A stretch of DNA of 64,000 bases from an uncultured virus (IMG/VR IMGVR_UViG_3300005323_000038). Lineage: Duplodnaviria; Heunggongvirae; Uroviricota; Caudoviricetes. The notes under the pieces were generated by a model. It worked only from the letters and a program-made list of their open reading frames with translations. It was not told where the DNA came from and made no database searches. The stretch lies in the IMG/VR virus record IMGVR_UViG_3300005323_000038; one strand, written 5' to 3'. Positions 57,822 through 64,000 of the stretch are shown here, piece by piece. Within the stretch, counting starts at the first letter, position 1. Every line of letters begins with the position of its first letter. The translations under genes and the position numbers were made by a program.

Positions 57822-59099
57822 TTATATAGCATAACCTGTGGTTTCCCAAGTTATTGAGCTGCCTTCAAGAGACACTTTCCAAGAGGCTGATGTCGAGCCT
57901 GCCTGTACGCTATCGCTTTCGTTTTTAACTTTCTGACCTTCAAGAGTAATTGTTTCGATAAGTTTTCCTGAGCTATGGTCATATTCATCGCTATATATTT
58001 TTACTTTTATTGTAACATCGTTGATAAAGTCTTTTACATCCATCTCTGTTAACGTTCCAGCATCATAATCTGCTTTCTTTCCTTGCATTATTGCAAATGC
58101 TTCAAGATCAGACGCATCAAATGTTAAATCAGTTGTTACAGTAAGAGGATATGATATAGCTCTATCGATATCTTTCTGAGTTCCTAATTCATTTTTAGCC
58201 TGTCTATTGAAATTTAAGTTATAGCTTGCAGACTGGCATCTTAAAAGTCTTGTCTCTGAATCTGTGCTTTTGTGAGCATAGATAACAATAGCCCCTCTTC
58301 TGAAGCCACCTTTTGATCCGGTATTTGTTGGAGTAAGAGCAGGAAAATCGCCTACTGCAGTTTTGTCACCTTTTGCATAAACTCCAATAACTCTTTCTGT
58401 GCCATCAAAATTTTCATCCATTGTAAAAGTTACTGTCGTTCCAACCCATGCTCCAGCAAATTCAGAACGATTCGAAAAGCATCTGATAAGTGTTTCGTCT
58501 GAGCCTTTAGTTGCAGGAGACGTTGCTGTTTTTGTTCCAGCATTTGGAGTCAAAACCATTGTAAATACATTTTTGTGATCGCCAAGATACCATTTTTTAT
58601 TATCGCTTTCAAATGTGATAGTTTGTTTTGCCATACCGCCAACATCATACGAGCCGGCAATTGATGAAACAAACATGCCCTGAATATGAGCCGTTCTGTT
58701 AACAGTTGTATTGCTTCTTTCAGATACTTTTATTAATACCTCTGGCAGTAAAGCATTGTCAAAATCATATACTGGGTTCTTCATCTGGATAAGATTAGCT
58801 CCAGAATACATTCCTACGAATACTCCGTTTGCATCATAATCTCCAGGGGTTGCAGAAATTTTTGTACCAGATACTATTGATTTAAACATACCAAGTGAAC
58901 CAAGTTCATTGCTATCGATATTTATTGTTACGTTAGGGGTATTGTCCTTCGTTTCAACAACATCGGCATTTGCAATTTCAAATATTTTTTCTGAACCAAG
59001 GTCAACAGAGTTATCTGATGCCTGAGCGCGCTTCCATACTTCGTTATTTACTATGACCGCTACCGCGCGGCCTTGATATTGAATAGGTTTTGTAGACAT
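57822..59099 (-). CDS. Major tail (tube) protein candidate
   Basis: Position before the chaperones; beta-rich; followed by a hairpin. Confidence 0.7.
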   Translation of the reverse strand: MSTKPIQYQGRAVAVIVNNEVWKRAQASDNSVDLGSEKIFEIANADVVETKDNTPNVTINIDSNELGSLGMFKSIVSGTKISATPGDYDANGVFVGMYSGANLIQMKNPVYDFDNALLPEVLIKVSERSNTTVNRTAHIQGMFVSSIAGSYDVGGMAKQTITFESDNKKWYLGDHKNVFTMVLTPNAGTKTATSPATKGSDETLIRCFSNRSEFAGAWVGTTVTFTMDENFDGTERVIGVYAKGDKTAVGDFPALTPTNTGSKGGFRRGAIVIYAHKSTDSETRLLRCQSASYNLNFNRQAKNELGTQKDIDRAISYPLTVTTDLTFDASDLEAFAIMQGKKADYDAGTLTEMDVKDFINDVTIKVKIYSDEYDHSSGKLIETITLEGQKVKNESDSVQAGSTSASWKVSLEGSSITWETTGYAI

Positions 59100-59125
59100 T
59101 TACATTCATTCCTTTCTTGTTTTTA

Positions 59126-59671
59126 TTAGAAGTTTCTTAAAAATTTTACTTCACCGTTTATTGAACATTGCCATCTCTTAGCAAAACTTGGGTCTTGTTT
59201 TTGTCCCGATGGATCAACTTTAAACAGAACTCTTGACATAGCGCCTGTATCTATAAACCACTCATTTAACTTTGCTGATGGTAGTTTTGAAATATCATAA
59301 GAAGAATTGTTTGGGTCAGGCATAGATTTTAAAGTAGAGAAATCAAACATATCATGCCATCCTTCAAGATTCTTTACAATAAATTCACCAACATCTCTAC
59401 TGTCAACTCTTGAATCACACATTATATCAATGAAGAAATTTGCTGATTCCTCTATGCCTCCACCAAGTTCTATTGCCTGACTTGAAAATTCATCTATCTC
59501 TAAAACAATTACCGGAAGTTTTATTGCCTTTAAGGTTGAAGTGTTTATCTCAGAGTCATTGTCTGGATTCTCAACAAGGTATTTGAACCCTGTTCTTTTG
59601 CAGACTTCTTCGATAATTCTCTTTATTTCGAAAACCATATTTAATTCTAATTGCTTACAATCTGTCATCAT
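59126..59671 (-). CDS. Tail terminator candidate
   Basis: LPVIVLE...ELGG; position upstream of the tail tube gene. Confidence 0.6.
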   Translation of the reverse strand: MMTDCKQLELNMVFEIKRIIEEVCKRTGFKYLVENPDNDSEINTSTLKAIKLPVIVLEIDEFSSQAIELGGGIEESANFFIDIMCDSRVDSRDVGEFIVKNLEGWHDMFDFSTLKSMPDPNNSSYDISKLPSAKLNEWFIDTGAMSRVLFKVDPSGQKQDPSFAKRWQCSINGEVKFLRNF

Positions 59672-60957
59672 AAAGATTTATTCCTTGTCACAATATCTTT
59701 CATTATATTAATTTTCTCTTGTCTGCTTGCTTTTCTTTTTATTTCGACTTTTTTAAAAGATGATGTTTTTGTAAGCCATTCTAACATGTCATCTTTTATC
59801 TGTCCATAATTCTCTTTTACAAAATCACCAATACGTTTTACAAATTCTATCTCTATCTTTTTATTTATCAAGTTTTGGGCCTCAAATATTATGTTGCTAC
59901 CAGAGGCTCCTTTTGATCGATATGCCCTTCTTTGAAATAAATATCCATCCTTAGAATGATTTATAAGATACTTCTTCTTTGACTTAACCTTGATTGAAAC
60001 TTTTCCAGTCTTTGATCCAAATTCTTTTGCGCCAAATCTTCTTGATTTTATTCCAGAAGTTGTTTCTTTTTCGTATGTTGGCTTCCCATATGGTTTTATT
60101 TCATACTTCCCTTTAGTTCCTAAATCTACTATGGTAAGCATAGAGTATTTTGCTCTTGAAACTTTCCAGGTGTGCCTTATCTCTTCTAATGCTGATAGAT
60201 TATAAACAGTTGGCTTCTTTTTTGTTCTGTATCTAAGCTTTCCTCGGCTCTTGTCATAATAGCTTGTTGCAGGAAATGTAGCCTTTCCAGCTTTTCTTTC
60301 GTATAGCGATAGAACATTGTTTTGCTTTTCTGCTGCTTTTTCAATAGACATATCGAATAATTTAAACTCTATGTCTATGCTGTATAAATCATTAACTGTA
60401 TATTCTGCCCCCTTTTCTCGAAATGGCTTTATTTCTTCTTCTTTTAAATTTATTTTGATCTTTAAATATTTGTTTATATTTGCTGTCATTATGGCAACTG
60501 TATCTTTTAATGATTTCAGCATTAAATCAATGGCCTTGCCATGATTTATCGTCCTGTATTTTTTTTCATATTTATCAATAATTTGATCTTGAATTACATC
60601 AGCAAATATTTCTTGTACGGCTCTATTTAAAGTTGTTTCAAGATACCTTTTAAAGCTCTTTCTGGCTTTGAGGATATTCTCTTTGCTTGCTTCTACCACT
60701 CTACCCATGACTACTTTAAATGAATTGTCTATGGAGGAAAACAGTTGCTTTATAACATCTTTAAAATTTGATGATATCCCAATTAATTGCTCCTTTCCTT
60801 TTGGAGTTGCTCTTTCGAATAATGCCGAGGTCTCTCCGGTTTTTAATTGAGGAGCGGCTGAAATCATTTTATTTGAAGTATATGTCTTATATACAGAGAA
60901 CTTTGTCTTTGCGATATCATCTGATATTTTCTTTGCAAATTTTTCTATATTGCTCAT
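59668..60957 (-). CDS. Basic neck/tail-completion protein candidate
   Basis: VDLGTKG.Y.IKP motif; Lys-rich; neck position. Confidence 0.5.
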   Translation of the reverse strand: MSNIEKFAKKISDDIAKTKFSVYKTYTSNKMISAAPQLKTGETSALFERATPKGKEQLIGISSNFKDVIKQLFSSIDNSFKVVMGRVVEASKENILKARKSFKRYLETTLNRAVQEIFADVIQDQIIDKYEKKYRTINHGKAIDLMLKSLKDTVAIMTANINKYLKIKINLKEEEIKPFREKGAEYTVNDLYSIDIEFKLFDMSIEKAAEKQNNVLSLYERKAGKATFPATSYYDKSRGKLRYRTKKKPTVYNLSALEEIRHTWKVSRAKYSMLTIVDLGTKGKYEIKPYGKPTYEKETTSGIKSRRFGAKEFGSKTGKVSIKVKSKKKYLINHSKDGYLFQRRAYRSKGASGSNIIFEAQNLINKKIEIEFVKRIGDFVKENYGQIKDDMLEWLTKTSSFKKVEIKRKASRQEKINIMKDIVTRNKSL

Positions 60958-61499
60958 TTGTCCGTCCTCGCCACAATTAAGTCAATGATGAATGGGCCGC
61001 CAATTCCACCTTCTCTTGGAAGTCCATCTTGAGTCCATTTATGATTATCAAATGTTACATAGTCCATAAACTCATAATATCTCTTACCAGAGTACTGCCC
61101 AGAGTTACATATCATATCTGGAATAATAAAAGAGATTTCTGCTCTTGATGAATCAAAAAATCCTCCAGGAATATCTTGACGATTTGCTGTATTTGGATAA
61201 TAAATTGTTCCACTTAAAGATTGCTGTCCAGAATTCTTTATTTTCCCAACGCTATTACAAATCGGGCATCTTCCATTGTCAAACGAAGTTCCCGAATATC
61301 CATCGATAGGATTATAAATGCCGGCAGACATATTGTTTATTGTATCAAATAAACAATTAGGGCAGAAAGAATCTGATTCTGTCCAAAAGAATGTTATAGG
61401 TCTCTTATTCATTTCTCTTTTAACTGGAGTCATCCACTCTTGATAAATATCTCTTATCTCATTAGTTATAAGAGTAGATAAATCTAAATCTTCTGCCAT
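60954..61499 (-). CDS. Head closure protein candidate with Zn finger
   Basis: CPNC...CPIC.S.G; neck position. Confidence 0.55.
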   Translation of the reverse strand: MAEDLDLSTLITNEIRDIYQEWMTPVKREMNKRPITFFWTESDSFCPNCLFDTINNMSAGIYNPIDGYSGTSFDNGRCPICNSVGKIKNSGQQSLSGTIYYPNTANRQDIPGGFFDSSRAEISFIIPDMICNSGQYSGKRYYEFMDYVTFDNHKWTQDGLPREGGIGGPFIIDLIVARTDK

Positions 61500-61506
61500 A
61501 TTACCT

Positions 61507-61938
61507 CTACATTACATATCCATTTTTCATATATGTTTTTATGTCTTCGATTCGCTGTTCATAAAGATCTTGGAACTTTTGTTGAGCTTTGGTTAAATCG
61601 CCAGTTGTTTTTGTAGTATCAACCATATCTCTTCCTGATCTAACGATAACCGCTTTCCCTGCCGCATCCCTTATTGTTTTATTTCCATAGTCTTTTAATA
61701 CAGAATAAACAACAGCTTCTCTTAAAGCTGAATATATTTCATTATTCTCGCCAGAAAGAGATATATCTGGAATTATTTTATAATTCGTTTCGTCTTCGAA
61801 AGCTAAAGATGGGTACTGAGAATCAGAACAAATAGAATCAAAACTATCGCCGATTCTCAATACGATTATTGGATCTTCCTCTTTCATCGTAGCAAGACGT
61901 TTTACTTTATCTATTAACTTTTGTGTTAAACTATCCAT
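61507..61938 (-). CDS. Head-tail adaptor candidate
   Basis: Helical, ~143 aa, first neck gene; start chosen after GGTGA. Confidence 0.5.
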   Translation of the reverse strand: MDSLTQKLIDKVKRLATMKEEDPIIVLRIGDSFDSICSDSQYPSLAFEDETNYKIIPDISLSGENNEIYSALREAVVYSVLKDYGNKTIRDAAGKAVIVRSGRDMVDTTKTTGDLTKAQQKFQDLYEQRIEDIKTYMKNGYVM

Positions 61939-61989
61939 AAATAAATCACCAAGTCCTATTCTATGATACATAAGAGGAGTTGTCAATTA

Positions 61990-62175
61990 TTAATTTAGCA
62001 ACTGTTTTTTTCCTTTAACATAAGTCCTATCAGAAAATATAGAGGTAGTTATATTCATTTCTATTCTCTGCATCTGCCTTCCGCATTCTTTGCAGAATAC
62101 TTCTGTGTTTTTTGATTCAACTAATATCTCTTCTTTTATTTTGCATTTTTCACATTTATAGTCAAATAATGGCAT
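61990..62175 (-). CDS. FmdB-like zinc ribbon protein
   Basis: MPLFDYKCEKC...CKECG..MQR. Confidence 0.8.
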   Translation of the reverse strand: MPLFDYKCEKCKIKEEILVESKNTEVFCKECGRQMQRIEMNITTSIFSDRTYVKGKKQLLN

Positions 62176-62176
62176 G

Positions 62177-62731
62177 CTATCTCACGCAACCTTTCAATAA
62201 ATATAAACAGAATGGGATCTCTCCAATTATATTCTTATGATATTCAAGGACTTCATATTTTTGGAATATATCTTGAGGACGAATAAAACTTATATGTCTT
62301 TCTGTTGGTTTTGGTTTATCGTCAATGTTATTTAATATCACCGCTCCTTGAGGACAATCAAGAGGAGTCAATATTACAATATATTTGCTTAAATAATAAG
62401 CAATATCTAATAAATCAAAAATCTTACTATGAGGAACATGTTCAAGAACATCTCCGAATATAACAAGATCGTATTTTCTTTCTTTCTCGATTTTGTCCAG
62501 GATTGGAACATCAAAATATTCGTTATGAATGTTGCGATATCCCTCTGGCTTCAATTTATCAAGATATGCTTGTTCTGGTTCGCAGCCGTCTAAAGTATTT
62601 ATCAAGCCACTTAAGAGTTTTCCATATTTGCCAGCTCCAACGCCGACATCGAATACTTTTTTAATATTATATTTTCTTACGATATTTTTTACATTCTCAT
62701 TATAATAGTCAAAACTATAAGGCATTTTCAA
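62177..62731 (-). CDS. Class I SAM-dependent methyltransferase
   Basis: VFDVGVGAG, YDLVIFGDVLEH, LTP. Confidence 0.85.
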   Translation of the reverse strand: MKMPYSFDYYNENVKNIVRKYNIKKVFDVGVGAGKYGKLLSGLINTLDGCEPEQAYLDKLKPEGYRNIHNEYFDVPILDKIEKERKYDLVIFGDVLEHVPHSKIFDLLDIAYYLSKYIVILTPLDCPQGAVILNNIDDKPKPTERHISFIRPQDIFQKYEVLEYHKNIIGEIPFCLYLLKGCVR

Positions 62732-63881
62732 GAACTCCTTTTATTGTTTTTGCAATATCTGAATATTTAAATCCTGAATAGATAAATTTCGATATTGTTT
62801 CTGGATTTGATGTTTTATTTTTCCATTGTTCATAAACCATTCTCATTTTCTTTCTTACATCAAATATATCTGGTTCATAATACATATAGACTTCGTTTTC
62901 AGATCCACCATCAGGGAAATGATGCCTTCCACTAAGTCTTGATGTCCAATCTATATTTGCTTTTACAAAATAAGGATAGAACGCTGAAAGATATGTTTGT
63001 GGGCCATGCGCATTAGTTGTTATAGTTGGAATACCACAAGAAACAGCTTCAAGAGGAACTAAGCCAAATCCATCTCCTCTATGTATAGATAAAACGCAAT
63101 TTGAAGTCTTATATAACTTTGCCATATCTTCATGATTCATGCTTTGTGAACGATAGTAAGTGTGTAATTGTTTAAGAGGATACTTATTTAAAATATCTAT
63201 GTATTCTCTATAATACTCTCCATGTCTATCCGCAGTATTTCCTTCATTTCTTTTCTGAGAGGTTGTTTGGATTATTAATTCAACCATATCGTCATTATTA
63301 AACTCTTGCATAAATGAATTTATTGCTACGTCTGCGCCTTTAAAGTTGCAAATAGAGTTACACATTAAGAATTGGCATCTTTTGTTTTTATCATTATTCA
63401 AATTATCTATATTAAATATGGTTTCATCAACGCCATGAGGAATTACAATTGAATCCATACCGTTTATTTTTAGTCCATGAGAATTTGCCTCAGACGGAGT
63501 AAATATCATATCAAACACTCTAAAATAATCATTCCATTCAAGAGGGAAATTTATATGTGACCAAACGGTATAGAATATATGTTTTTTTGCATTTACATTT
63601 GCTCTTTTTTTGTTGTATTTCGGATCGACAAGAAAATAAATAGCGAAATCAAATACATTATCTTTTAATTCCTCCTCTGTTATTAGAATATTTCTGAATG
63701 TTTCTATTTCGTCTTTTTTCCAAGGACAATATTCTTTTATGCTGTCTTCCAATGACATATCTCTATTAGTCCATAGAAATTTTATATCTACTCCAATTTT
63801 TGCAAGAGATGATATTAAATTTATATTAACTCCAGAGAAAGAGGAGTGTCTAAAAATACTTCCAATTAATAGAATTTTCAT
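62715..63881 (-). CDS. GT4 (GT-B) glycosyltransferase
   Basis: FTPS, VIPHGVD...F, KG.D, GDGFGLVPLEAVSCGIPTI. Confidence 0.9.
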   Translation of the reverse strand: MKILLIGSIFRHSSFSGVNINLISSLAKIGVDIKFLWTNRDMSLEDSIKEYCPWKKDEIETFRNILITEEELKDNVFDFAIYFLVDPKYNKKRANVNAKKHIFYTVWSHINFPLEWNDYFRVFDMIFTPSEANSHGLKINGMDSIVIPHGVDETIFNIDNLNNDKNKRCQFLMCNSICNFKGADVAINSFMQEFNNDDMVELIIQTTSQKRNEGNTADRHGEYYREYIDILNKYPLKQLHTYYRSQSMNHEDMAKLYKTSNCVLSIHRGDGFGLVPLEAVSCGIPTITTNAHGPQTYLSAFYPYFVKANIDWTSRLSGRHHFPDGGSENEVYMYYEPDIFDVRKKMRMVYEQWKNKTSNPETISKFIYSGFKYSDIAKTIKGVLENAL

Positions 63882-63882
63882 A

Positions 63883-63999
63883 TTATCTCGTCAGCCTTTC
63901 AATTGATTTTTTTATCTCGCTTCCATATATTCCAAATCTTTCTTCGAAAACGCTATATGCCTTTTGATCTATTATTCCTCTTGATTGCATTTCTTTTGC
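63883..63999 (-). CDS. 3' end of an upstream CDS (truncated by window edge)
   Basis: Open frame ...IYGSEIKKSIERLTR* ending one base before the GT start. Confidence 0.55.
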   Translation of the reverse strand, partial: AKEMQSRGIIDQKAYSVFEERFGIYGSEIKKSIERLTR

Positions 64000-64000
64000 A

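Noticed and set aside
35028..60980. Short + strand ORFs opposite the structural genes (and short - strand ORFs in 1-30 kb)
   Set aside because: Antisense shadows of long genes with no SD or motif support.
1..64000. CRISPR array, tRNA genes, stop-codon reassignment
   Set aside because: No regularly spaced repeats or cloverleafs were seen, and genes tile densely under the standard code with all three stops used. tRNAscan was not run.

Overview
This AT-rich (roughly 30% GC by eye) window looks like part of a large tailed dsDNA phage genome with a long tape measure and no recognisable sheath in the window, so probably siphovirus-like. The host is probably an anaerobic bacterium with an outer membrane. 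Bases 1 to ~29.9 kb (+ strand) hold nucleotide metabolism and replication genes: class III RNR, NrdG, C5 methyltransferase, Ski2/Hel308-like helicase, two primase-like genes, NAD ligase, dUTPase, ThyX, dNMP kinase, RuvC, macrodomain and NADAR. Bases ~29.9 to 64 kb (- strand) hold glycosyltransferase/methyltransferase, neck, tail, tail fibre and lysis genes; the two blocks converge on a bidirectional terminator. The top finding is a fractured nrdD. It is split into two genes by a naturally split intein whose first residue is Ala rather than Cys/Ser and which lacks the class 3 WCT signature, with a free-standing NUMOD3/Vsr-like homing endonuclease between the halves; the C-terminal half also carries a fused CxxC redoxin. 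Other findings are a methyltransferase bounded by 27-bp terminator direct repeats, a candidate ~130-nt structured RNA, a promoter family with a palindrome over the -10 box and an unannotated RHH gene, a macrodomain+NADAR pair, a domain-permuted DnaG, a membrane-anchored receiver domain, a U UUU UUA tail-chaperone frameshift and a GCCGGC excess. All product calls come from motifs read by eye; no database searches were run.
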